DNA from: Vampirovibrionales bacterium
Lineage (GTDB): Bacteria > Cyanobacteriota > Vampirovibrionia > Vampirovibrionales > JAJTHC01
Direction: 5' to 3'
Assembly: GCA_044348005.1 (NCBI GenBank)
Contig: JBIKTR010000004.1
Coordinates: 66,980-130,979, forward strand
Length of the DNA stretch: 64,000 nt
The notes beneath the pieces are model-generated. The model did no database searches, was not told the DNA's origin, and was given only the letters and a program-made list of their open reading frames with translations. Each line of letters starts with the position of its first letter. Positions within the stretch are counted from its first letter, which is position 1. Positions 17,208 through 25,503 of the stretch are shown piece after piece. The translations under genes and the position numbers were made by a program.

Positions 17208-19145
17208 ATGAACGCCCCCTATTCCCCCGATCAAAACCCCTACGTCCACCTTGCGAGCTTTTGCCGAACGGCCGTGTGGCAAGAAATGGATGCCATTAAC
17301 GAAGCGCTGCCCCCTGAAGCCCAGTTTTTGGCCCGCCTGCAAAGCCCCCCCGCCTGGGATGCCCGCCGCCAAGCCATCATTGAAAAACGCACCGCCCTTT
17401 ACGAACGCCTCAAGCAAGACGACGCGCTGGCCGAACTCATGCACCACGACTGCCGAAACAACATCCTGCTGTGGTTTCGCTACTTCGCGTGGACGTACGA
17501 CCCACGCCCCAACCCCTTTCAAAACGGCAATCGAAGCATTGGGCGCGTGCCCTTTGTGCTGTACCCCTTTCAAATGGAAGTCGTCTTGCGCTTGAATGAA
17601 GCCATTGAATTGGGGGAAGATTTACTGGTGGAAAAAAGCCGAGACATGGGCCTTTCTTGGTTAATTAGTTTGGTGTTTCAGTACCGCTGGTTGTTTCATT
17701 CAGGCCAGCAATTTTTGGTGGGCAGTCGTAAATACGGCCATGCAGACACGCGCGGCGATCTTTCCACGCTGATGGAAAAATGCCGTTTCAACCTGCGTGA
17801 ACAGCCCACCAATATGTTGCCTGCGGGCTTTGACTTTCGCAAGCACGATGTCGCCGGTCGTCTGCTGAATCCGCAAAATGGCAATACCATTATTGCTGAA
17901 GCCACTACGGAAAACTTTGCGCGGGGGGGGCGTTATTCCGCCGTATTGCTGGACGAATTTGCGTTTTGGATGTGGGATGATGGCGCCTATGCTGCGGCGG
18001 GTCAGTCCACGCTGTGTCGCTTGTTGGTGTCAACGCCCAACGGTCGAAAAAACCGCTTTGCCCTAGAACGCTTTTCAGGCCTTACCCCCGTGCTAACCGT
18101 GCATTGGAGCCTTCACCCTTTTAAGGACAAGGTGTGGTACACCGCACAGCAACGGCGCCTGTTGAAGCATGAAATCGCGCGAGAGCTGGATATTAGCTAC
18201 GAATACTGCAATCGAGATCGCGTGTTTGAAGAGTTTACCGCTCAACATGTGGCGCACGTGGCGTATAATCCGGATTTGGAGATTTTGCGTTCGTGGGATT
18301 TTGGGTACCATACGCCTGCGGTGTTGGCCTTACAGCGGGACGAATGGGGCCGTGTGGTGGTGTTGAAAGAATGGGTGGGCCAACGCGTGGTGCTCAAAAA
18401 CTTTGCCCAGCAGGTGAAAGACGACTGCGTGGCGATGTTTGGCCCCAATGCGCGCTTTCGCGATGTGTGTGACCCTGCGGGGCATCAGCATAACGACAAA
18501 TCTGAAAACACCAGTATTGAAGTGCTCAATCGCATGGGTATTCACCCTGTGGGCGTGCGATGTGGCGTGGTTGCTAGCATTGACAAGCTTCGCCACCTGA
18601 TGATTGAAGAGCGCGATGTGCCAGTGTCCCTCACCCCAGCCCTCTCCCAAAGGGAGAGGGAGCAAGGCGACCCTCACCCCAACCCTCTCCCAGAGGGAGA
18701 GGGGGTAAATACAGAACCCTCTCCCTTAGGGAGAGGGCTGGGTGAGGGACACGACCAGCTCCTGTGGGAACAAGGCATCCCTCCACCTAGCCTCCTCCCT
18801 AAGGGAGGAGGAACAAATGCCAGTGAAGAAGCCGTCTTCATGCGTGAAGGCCAGCACATGGTCAAATCCCCCGCCTTTTTGGTGGATGCTCAACATTGCC
18901 CCACGCTCATTGACGCCTTGCAAGGGGGGTATCGCTATGTGTCGAATGATTCGGAAGAACTGGCGCAGGAGCATCCCTTTGAAGATGTGGCGGATGCCTT
19001 GCGTTACGCCGTGTGGGAATTGGGCAAACTGCTGATGGATTCGTCTGATTGGGCGCGGGACTTGCGAAAGGAGCGGTATCAGAAGTGGGAAGCGTTGGAA
19101 AAGTTGCGTCGCTACAACCAGCGCCGTGGGCAGTGGTATGCCTAG
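17208..19145 (+). CDS. Phage terminase large subunit (Terminase_6-like) with in-frame repeat insertion
   Basis: KSRDMGLSWL P-loop variant (KSRQ.G.S type), VLLDEFAFW Walker B, C-terminal nuclease region WDFGYHTPAVLAL...DVCDPAG; no portal, capsid or small-subunit genes nearby. Confidence 0.75.
   Translation: MNAPYSPDQNPYVHLASFCRTAVWQEMDAINEALPPEAQFLARLQSPPAWDARRQAIIEKRTALYERLKQDDALAELMHHDCRNNILLWFRYFAWTYDPRPNPFQNGNRSIGRVPFVLYPFQMEVVLRLNEAIELGEDLLVEKSRDMGLSWLISLVFQYRWLFHSGQQFLVGSRKYGHADTRGDLSTLMEKCRFNLREQPTNMLPAGFDFRKHDVAGRLLNPQNGNTIIAEATTENFARGGRYSAVLLDEFAFWMWDDGAYAAAGQSTLCRLLVSTPNGRKNRFALERFSGLTPVLTVHWSLHPFKDKVWYTAQQRRLLKHEIARELDISYEYCNRDRVFEEFTAQHVAHVAYNPDLEILRSWDFGYHTPAVLALQRDEWGRVVVLKEWVGQRVVLKNFAQQVKDDCVAMFGPNARFRDVCDPAGHQHNDKSENTSIEVLNRMGIHPVGVRCGVVASIDKLRHLMIEERDVPVSLTPALSQREREQGDPHPNPLPEGEGVNTEPSPLGRGLGEGHDQLLWEQGIPPPSLLPKGGGTNASEEAVFMREGQHMVKSPAFLVDAQHCPTLIDALQGGYRYVSNDSEELAQEHPFEDVADALRYAVWELGKLLMDSSDWARDLRKERYQKWEALEKLRRYNQRRGQWYA
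18625..18822 (+). repeat. R1-R1-R2-R3 repeat units inserted in frame within the terminase gene
   Basis: Translate as SLTPALSQREREQGDPHPNPLPEGEGVNTEPSPLGRGLGEGHDQLLWEQGIPPPSLLPKGGGTNA, in the same orientation and frame type as the nadE insertion. Confidence 0.85.
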
Positions 19146-19149
19146 TCGG

Positions 19150-19503
19150 TTAAATTTCTTTGAGCCTGTAGAGCTTAAACACTTGAGACACGACTTGCCC
19201 TTGCGTCACCTGCAAACGGCTGGATTCCGCCTTAATGAAATTAACGACCTCCTCATCCACACGGAGCGTCAGGATTTTAGCCCCTGTTTTGGGCTTGCGT
19301 CCTGCTTTTTTCATGGGCTTAAACTTGCCCTGCAAAAAAGCTTCGTAAGAAGAGTCAAGCATCTCGTAAAACATTTCGTAAGCGTCTTCTCGTTTTTCTT
19401 CGACCCCTGCAATGTTAATACACAGGGGAGAGGTGACGATAAACGCGTGGTCTTCTTCGCTCCACTTGCAGGTGACACTGTTTTTGATGGCGTCTAAATC
19501 CAT
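19150..19503 (-). CDS. hicB: HicB-family antitoxin
   Basis: N-terminal HicB tadpole-like region (HAFIVTSPLCINIAGVEEKREDAYEMFYEMLD) plus C-terminal RKPKTGAKILTLRVDEE RHH-like tail; 1-nt overlap with hicA. Confidence 0.7.
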   Translation of the reverse strand: MDLDAIKNSVTCKWSEEDHAFIVTSPLCINIAGVEEKREDAYEMFYEMLDSSYEAFLQGKFKPMKKAGRKPKTGAKILTLRVDEEVVNFIKAESSRLQVTQGQVVSQVFKLYRLKEI

Positions 19504-19727
19504 TAGGCTTTTCCTTCTTGTTTAAGTAACTGTAAAAAAGTTTTGACGTAATGCGGTTTGATGTATCGTTTACGGCCTTTACTGTGAAAAATGGCGAAGT
19601 TCAAAAGGTTCACACCGTTTTCATCGGCGATGTAGTGGTGACTTTTACTTGGAAGAATCGTCCAGCCGGCTTGTTTAACCAGTTTTTCAAATTGACTCAA
19701 ATCCATGGGTTTATAATGAGACGGCAT
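19503..19727 (-). CDS. hicA: HicA-family mRNA interferase toxin
   Basis: LSQFEKLVKQAGWTILPSKSHHYI...HSKGRKRYIKPHYVKTFLQLLKQ matches the HicA/YcfA fold pattern; start uncertain (ATG 19727 with AGAAAGAG SD, 19706 or 19748 possible). Confidence 0.65.
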   Translation of the reverse strand: MPSHYKPMDLSQFEKLVKQAGWTILPSKSHHYIADENGVNLLNFAIFHSKGRKRYIKPHYVKTFLQLLKQEGKA

Positions 19728-19981
19728 GAGATCTCTTTCTTGGCACATTTTATAATTATATATTAGCGTAATACAAAATAAATTACAAGTGCTTTAAGCA
19801 AAAAAACTGGCGTTGGAAAAGTTGCGTCGCTACAACCAGCGCCGTGGGCAGTGGTATGCCTAGTCGGTTGCGGGCGATGCTTCCTGTTTGCTTTCTGTGC
19901 TAGCCCGCCCCCTCGACAAGTGCGTGAAAATAGGGTAGACTAGGGGCAGTTGTTGCGTTGTGTGTGGAAGGAAATGCCCCC

Positions 19982-20725
19982 ATGTTTAACTGGATTGAAT
20001 CCCACGGAAAAACGGCCTTGCTCACGGCGGTGCTGGCTTCTGTCATCATCGGCACCAGTATTTTGGCCGGTGGGCTGGTGAAATTTAAAGCCCTTGAACA
20101 GTCTAAGCTCGCCGTCACAGGGTATGCCGAAACCCTTGTCCAGTCGGACATTGCGGAATGGACACTTACTGTGAGTGCCTTTGATTCCAGCAAAGCGCAG
20201 GCCTACAAAAAACTCAATCACGATTTAGCCACCTTGAAAAACGTGCTCAACACCAACGGCATTCCCCCCAGCGATTTTAACGAAAATACCCTGTATGTCA
20301 CCACTCAGTACAAAAAAAACCTGAATGGTTATGACACCACTGAACTTGCGGGTTACACCCTGAGCAAGGCAGTGGTGGTGCGCACCACCAAGCTCGACGC
20401 CGTTCAATCCACCGCAAAAACGCTTGAACGCTTGGTGGGTAACGGCCTTGGGGTGGATGTCACTGCGCCACAATACCTGTTTAGCAAGCTCGATTCGCTG
20501 AAGCTGAACCTGATTGCCAAAGCCACCAAAAACGCCAAGGATCGCGCCACAACCATGGCCAAAGTCACAGGCAATGAAGTGGGTAGCCTGCTTAGCGCGA
20601 CTAGCGGAGTGTTTCAAATCACCCCGCCCAACAGCACGGATGTGAGCGATTACGGCCAGTACGACACCACCACGCGTCAAAAAAAGGTCACCAGTGTCGT
20701 CAACGTCACCTTTTCCATTCAGTAG
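19982..20725 (+). CDS. SIMPL-domain (DUF541/YggE-like) periplasmic protein
   Basis: N-terminal TM/signal, Thr/Val-rich beta-strand pattern and C-terminal VVNVTFSI typical of SIMPL; ORF extends to 19958. Confidence 0.7.
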   Translation: MFNWIESHGKTALLTAVLASVIIGTSILAGGLVKFKALEQSKLAVTGYAETLVQSDIAEWTLTVSAFDSSKAQAYKKLNHDLATLKNVLNTNGIPPSDFNENTLYVTTQYKKNLNGYDTTELAGYTLSKAVVVRTTKLDAVQSTAKTLERLVGNGLGVDVTAPQYLFSKLDSLKLNLIAKATKNAKDRATTMAKVTGNEVGSLLSATSGVFQITPPNSTDVSDYGQYDTTTRQKKVTSVVNVTFSIQ

Positions 20726-20859
20726 GGTGTTTTTTCAATACATCAAACACCGCATTTTTGTAAGGAAAAAAGTCTCTTTTTAAAATAGTTACGCTTAGGT
20801 GTTCAGAAATTTAAAAACAAATTGATATTTTAGCGAGAGTGTTTATTAGAGGATACAGA

Positions 20860-21110
20860 GAAAGTGGATTTACTCCCACTCCCTTAGGGAGAGGAAAACA
20901 AGCTTCTCATTCACGAAGTGAATCTTCACCTTTAGGAAGGAGAGGTTGGGAGAGGAAACCAACGGTTTTCTTTCCCAAGAGAAAAAGCTTGCTTTTTCGA
21001 CCATGGTGGGGTGAGGGATTTGGGATGTTCAGTTATAGCTGGTGTTTCCCTCCCTTAGGTCGCACGCCTCGCCTATGGCGTGCTCCCTAAGGGAGGAGGG
21101 AGAGCGAGGG
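20860..21110. repeat. Intergenic repeat cluster (R1 fragment, R4 copy, inverted R1 with GWGEGFGMF extension)
   Basis: 20896-20996 matches 3735-3835 (attcacgaagtgaat palindrome); 21005-21050 is the reverse complement of R1 plus the extension seen at 9560-9600 and 56040-56075. Confidence 0.6.
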
Positions 21111-21111
21111 G

Positions 21112-21140
21112 TTGACAGCCGTGTTTCTTTGCTTTACTAT
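21112..21140 (+). promoter_or_regulatory. Family promoter TTGACA-17-TACTAT with conserved ~65-nt 5' UTR
   Basis: Perfect -35 element, 17-bp spacer, TACTAT; UTR tcaagctaaagcacgatcgcttttatctacgacgccccctcatcctgacgaaag is 95% identical to 22118-22170. Confidence 0.6.
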
Positions 21141-21203
21141 TCAAGCTAAAGCACGATCGCTTTTATCTACGACGCCCCCTCATCCTGACGAAAGGTCTCT
21201 TCT

Positions 21204-21812
21204 ATGCGACTTCAGCTTTCTGCGTTAGCCGCCAGCCCGTTGAATCCCCAACAACAAGCCCCATTGACCCACAACAACAATAGTCTAGTCAAAAATACCC
21301 CGCCCGCTTTGGCCCAACGTCAGGGGTTGACGGAAGTTCTGGTTCAAGAGTTAGAACACCAATATACTCAAATAAGATTCAAATTAAGAAGTGTAGATGT
21401 TACCACTACTTTTGAAAAGTTTGCAAGATTAAGACAATTAGAAACACTCATTAATAAGGCTGAGTGTTTCATCAATTGTTTAAATCATCCTGAGTGGGCG
21501 ACTACAGACTGTGCTGGAAAGGTTAAGATCCTTAAGGATTTTGCAAGAGAATTAGGTCTATCTCGGACAATCAACGTAGCTACTTTTAAGACACATATTA
21601 CACACTCCAATAATAATGACTTGCCAAATAGAGCCTTGCGATCTGAATTGAATAGATTTAAAGAACGATTGAAAGCATATTTAGAAGGTGCGTTTAACAA
21701 TGAAGAAATACAGCGTTATTTAAAGCATGTACGTACAAAGAGTCGCATTCCTAGTGATAATGATCGTGAAATACATCCATGGCGTTATCCCAATCTATTG
21801 ATCCTAGCCTGA
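21204..21812 (+). CDS. Paralog-family protein (MRLQLSALAASPLNPQQQAP...AQRQGL N-terminus, unique AT-rich helical C-terminus)
   Basis: First ~45 codons alignable with the 22179, 2906 and 12939 genes; remainder unrelated. Confidence 0.6.
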   Translation: MRLQLSALAASPLNPQQQAPLTHNNNSLVKNTPPALAQRQGLTEVLVQELEHQYTQIRFKLRSVDVTTTFEKFARLRQLETLINKAECFINCLNHPEWATTDCAGKVKILKDFARELGLSRTINVATFKTHITHSNNNDLPNRALRSELNRFKERLKAYLEGAFNNEEIQRYLKHVRTKSRIPSDNDREIHPWRYPNLLILA

Positions 21813-21850
21813 TCAAAGCCTTTACCTGAGCTAGAAAATCCACAGGGCTG

Positions 21851-21905
21851 AAGTTAGCGCCTACGCCTCATGCTGTTCATAGAGCCGAAGGGTGTTTTGC
21901 AACAA
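21851..21905 (-). pseudogene. Duplicated fragment of the folD 3' end (encoding ..ATLLQNTLRLYEQHEG)
   Basis: cctcatgctgttcatagagccgaagggtgttttgcaacaaggtcgc is identical to 22780-22826 at the real folD terminus; diverges after ~55 bp. Confidence 0.6.
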
Positions 21906-22085
21906 GGTCGCCACGCCATAGCTTGCCACATATACCGCCTTTACCACAGATTCATCAAACATAAAAACGCCTTCTTTCTTTTTTGTGTGCTGTGGCTATT
22001 ATACCCCCATCCTGAAAAAGAAACCACTGCTGGCTCGCTTCCTGCCCCCGCTCCCTTTGGGAGAGGGTTGGGGTGAGGGGGAAGT

Positions 22086-22115
22086 GTTGACAGGGGGGAG
22101 GCTTTGCGATACTAT
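22086..22115 (+). promoter_or_regulatory. Family promoter TTGACA-17-TACTAT with conserved UTR
   Basis: Aligned with 21112-21140. Confidence 0.6.
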
Positions 22116-22178
22116 TCAAGCTAAAGCACGATCGCTTTTCTCTACGACGCCCCCTCATCCTGACGAAAGCTCTCTTCT

Positions 22179-22775
22179 ATGCGACTTCAACTCTCTTCGT
22201 TGCCTGCCCGCCCGATGAATACCCAACAACAAGCCCCATTTACCCCCACCAATAACAAAAGTAAAGTGAATAATTCTACCTCCGCTTTGAACCAGCGTCA
22301 GGGGTTTACAACGAAACTATTAGAAAAAATGATAGAGTCTTCAAACGCTTCACAAGGATTAATCGAGAAGATTAAAAATAGTCGTCCTGCTGATAAACAC
22401 AAGCAATTAGAAAAGTTAATAAAAACTATTGAGCAGGCTCACTATATTACAACTTCTTTAAGCGATCCGATCTGGTTAGCATTAGATGAATTTTCTAGTC
22501 TTTTAGCTATGAATAATCTTGATTCTCTAAGGCGTTTAGGTACAGCTTCTGGGCTAAAAACAGCACTTAGGTCTTTTAAACAAAGTAGACCTCGTCCAAC
22601 TGACGAAGTGATAACCCAGTTAGCAGAAGGTTTTTATGCTTTACGAAACTCGTTGGAAGCTTTTGTACTAGAACAGCAAAATGAAGCAAAATTAAAAAAA
22701 TATATACTTGGAAAAACAAGGTATGGATTATGGCATCCTCGTTATAAAACAACTAATGCCCCAGTCGACCTTTAG
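22179..22775 (+). CDS. Paralog-family protein (MRLQLSSLPARPMNTQQQAP...NQRQGF N-terminus, unique C-terminus)
   Basis: Shared promoter, UTR and N-terminus; stop lies 2 bp from the convergent folD stop. Confidence 0.6.
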   Translation: MRLQLSSLPARPMNTQQQAPFTPTNNKSKVNNSTSALNQRQGFTTKLLEKMIESSNASQGLIEKIKNSRPADKHKQLEKLIKTIEQAHYITTSLSDPIWLALDEFSSLLAMNNLDSLRRLGTASGLKTALRSFKQSRPRPTDEVITQLAEGFYALRNSLEAFVLEQQNEAKLKKYILGKTRYGLWHPRYKTTNAPVDL

Positions 22776-22777
22776 CC

Positions 22778-23650
22778 CTACCCCTCATGCTGTTCATAGA
22801 GCCGAAGGGTGTTTTGCAACAAGGTCGCAATGGTCATCGGGCCAACGCCTCCGGGTACAGGCGTCACCGCAGATGCCACCCCCCACATCGACGCCGCATC
22901 CGCATCGCCCACCAGCGTGCCGTTGGGCAAGCGGTTAATGCCTACATCCAAAACAACAGCACCTTGCTTGAGTTGCTCGCCCGTAAAGGCCTTGGGCATC
23001 CCCACCGCCAGCACCACAATATCCGCCTGCTTAAGGTAGTCCTCGATGTTTTTCGTGCGACTATGGCAAATCGTCACCGTCGCATGCGCCTGTAAAAGCA
23101 GTTGCGCCATGGGTTTGCCCACAATGTTGGAACGCCCCACAATCACCGCATGCAAACCAGCAATTTCAATCTTATAAAAATCCAGTAAGCTCATCATGCC
23201 CGCAGGGGTGCAAGGCAAGGCATAGGGGGTCAATCCCGCGGCCAAACGCCCCACATTAAAGGGATGAAACCCGTCGACATCTTTGCCAGGTGAAATCGAC
23301 TCCAACACGGCGGATTCATCCAAGTGCTTGGGCAGCGGCAACTGCACCAAAATGCCATCGACCGCCTCATCGTCATTCAGTTGTTGAATCGTGGCCAACA
23401 AAACGCCTTGAGCCACATCATCGGCAAGGGCGATAATTTCAGACTTCATGCCAAGGGCTTCAGCGGTTTGCTTCTTTTTTTTGACATACACGCTAGACGC
23501 GGGATCATGCCCCACTTGAATCACCACCAACTTCGGGAGCCGTTTTCCCGCGGTTTCTAAGGCCAAAACCGCCGTTTTAAGCGTGGCCAAAACGCTTTGG
23601 GCGCAAGCGTTGCCGTCAAGCTTTAGCGTGGTAAGCGGGGGCATCATCAT
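22778..23650 (-). CDS. folD: Bifunctional methylenetetrahydrofolate dehydrogenase/cyclohydrolase
   Basis: 290 aa; Rossmann GRSNIVGKPMAQLL; C-terminal PVPGGVGPMTIATLL. Confidence 0.9.
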   Translation of the reverse strand: MMMPPLTTLKLDGNACAQSVLATLKTAVLALETAGKRLPKLVVIQVGHDPASSVYVKKKKQTAEALGMKSEIIALADDVAQGVLLATIQQLNDDEAVDGILVQLPLPKHLDESAVLESISPGKDVDGFHPFNVGRLAAGLTPYALPCTPAGMMSLLDFYKIEIAGLHAVIVGRSNIVGKPMAQLLLQAHATVTICHSRTKNIEDYLKQADIVVLAVGMPKAFTGEQLKQGAVVLDVGINRLPNGTLVGDADAASMWGVASAVTPVPGGVGPMTIATLLQNTLRLYEQHEG

Positions 23651-23683
23651 AGAAAAGTCTCCTCGTGAAAAAAGGCGCTGGCT

Positions 23684-25078
23684 TTAGCTTAAGCGACACA
23701 CGGTTAAATCAATCGAAGAGGGGGGCGTCGGCGTGTGTACGCCTTCAAGGTGCGGATCCCCCAAAATGCCCGAATCTTCAGGCAAGTGGTCGTGCGTGTC
23801 GTTGGCGTCAAAGGTGTTCATTTTTTCATCGTCAAAAACGCCTTCCCACCGAGCCACCACGGCAGTGGCCACGCAATTTCCGACCAAATTAACAGACGTG
23901 CGTCCCATATCCAAGAAGTGATCAATCCCTAAAATAACGGCCACCCCTTCAATGGGCAGATTGTACAAGGTCAGTGTGCTCGCTAAAATCACCAAACTCG
24001 CGCGAGGCACGGCGGCCACCCCTTTAGACGTCAACATCAGCGTGGCCATAATGCTCAGCTGTTGCCACAAATCCAGCGGAATGTTGGCCATTTGCGCCAC
24101 AAACAAGGTCGCCAACGCCAAATACAGGGTAGAACCGTCTAAATTAAAGCTATAGCCCGTTGGCATGACAAAAGCCACAATATGCGTAGGCACGCCAAAA
24201 CGCTCCATCACGCTCATGGCTTTGGGCAACGCCGATTCACTATTGGCGGTGGAAAACGCAATCAAGAACGGTTCCTTAATGGCGGAAAACATCCGCGTAA
24301 AGGGGACTTTAATAATGGCACAAGCGCTTAACAACACAATGCCTACAAAAATAAACAACGCCAAGTACAGCGAACCCGCCAGCTTGCCATACGTCCACAA
24401 AATGTCCAACCCGTTGGAAGAAACCGCATAGGCAATCGCCGCCAGCACGCCCATCGGCGCAAAACTCATTACATAACCCACGAACTTAAACATAATTTCA
24501 CTCAAGCTTGAAAGCCCGCGCAAAATGGGCTTGCCTTTTTCACCCGCAGCCATAATCGCCAAGGCAAAAAACACGCTAAACACCACCATTTGAAGCACGT
24601 TGCCCGTTGCCATGGCGTCAAAAATGCTGGTGGGCACCATCCCCAAGACGCTGTCCATAAACGTGTGGTTCGCCACGGTGTGGGTATTACTCGTTATGGT
24701 TGCCAAATCGCTGAGGTTTTTGGCGTTCGCCTGAAGCACCACGCCCGCCCCCGGTTTCAACCAATTCGCCACGCCTAAGCCAATGGCGAGTGCAAGCGTT
24801 GTGGCAATTTCAAAGTACAAAATGGTTTTCAGCCCCAGCGATCCCACTTTTTTGGTGTCACCTGCCCCTGCGATGCCTACAATAAGCGAAGAAATCAGCA
24901 AGGGGGCAATCAGCATTTTAATCATGCGTAAGAAGAGATCCGACAAGGGTTTGAGTTTTACGCCTAGTTCAGGGGCATAAATCCCGAGCATGAGGCCCAC
25001 GGCAAGGCCTATCATAATTTGCGTGGTGAGCGACAGGGAAAAGGTGGGTTTTTGAGTGGTTGTAGGGGTTTGGGTCAT
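23684..25078 (-). CDS. Dicarboxylate/amino acid:cation symporter (GltP/DctA family)
   Basis: 464 aa multi-TM protein with conserved DAACS motifs (NMDGTALY-like SFNLDGSTLYLA, AGVP-like VAAVP); acidic C-terminal tail. Confidence 0.85.
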   Translation of the reverse strand: MTQTPTTTQKPTFSLSLTTQIMIGLAVGLMLGIYAPELGVKLKPLSDLFLRMIKMLIAPLLISSLIVGIAGAGDTKKVGSLGLKTILYFEIATTLALAIGLGVANWLKPGAGVVLQANAKNLSDLATITSNTHTVANHTFMDSVLGMVPTSIFDAMATGNVLQMVVFSVFFALAIMAAGEKGKPILRGLSSLSEIMFKFVGYVMSFAPMGVLAAIAYAVSSNGLDILWTYGKLAGSLYLALFIFVGIVLLSACAIIKVPFTRMFSAIKEPFLIAFSTANSESALPKAMSVMERFGVPTHIVAFVMPTGYSFNLDGSTLYLALATLFVAQMANIPLDLWQQLSIMATLMLTSKGVAAVPRASLVILASTLTLYNLPIEGVAVILGIDHFLDMGRTSVNLVGNCVATAVVARWEGVFDDEKMNTFDANDTHDHLPEDSGILGDPHLEGVHTPTPPSSIDLTVCRLS

Positions 25079-25189
25079 GGTGAAATCTCAAGGCTTATGT
25101 GATTAACTGAACTATCATAGCAGAAAAGTGCTAAAAGCTAAAACATTTCTAAAGAAATAAAGATGCCCCTGTTACAAAACCCCGTTTTG

Positions 25190-25450
25190 GGGTGAGGGGG
25201 CTTTCTCATTCCGTTTAACGCTGGTGCTGTCAGAGACCTTTGCTCGCACAAAGGTTCTCCGACACCTCTAAATGCGCTTAAGGGAGGGAGGGAGGACGTA
25301 ACACGTCCCTCCCCCCGCCGCCCCTTAAGCCGCTTTGGGGGTTTGGGGAGTCTTTGGCGGGACAAAGACCCCCAAGCACCAGCTCAAAAAGGGAACAAGA
25401 AAACCCCCTCACCCCAGCCCTCACCCAGAGGGAGAGGGAGCGAGAAAACC
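25190..25450. repeat. Intergenic mosaic repeat cluster (R5, R1 variant, TIR-like segment)
   Basis: 25205-25290 matches 12300-12400; 25272-25398 is near-identical to 3884-3997; R1 variant at 25406-25445. Confidence 0.75.
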
Positions 25451-25503
25451 CAAGCACCAGCTCAAAACGGAGCAAAGAAATCCAAAAATCAAGAAAGGGT
25501 GCG

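Noticed and set aside
17100-17573. Antisense ORFs inside long genes (for example 17100-17573, 18330-18677, 14361-14723, 1413-1862, 23952-24431, 59415-60019)
   Set aside because: They lie opposite confidently assigned CDSs with recognisable domains; many are repeat-derived or GC-skew artefacts of ~55% GC DNA.
15700-20800. Prophage interpretation of the terminase region
   Set aside because: Only a TerL is phage-like. No integrase, portal, capsid, tail, lysis or attachment-site duplication was found, apart from the 60-bp repeat that specifically brackets hicAB.
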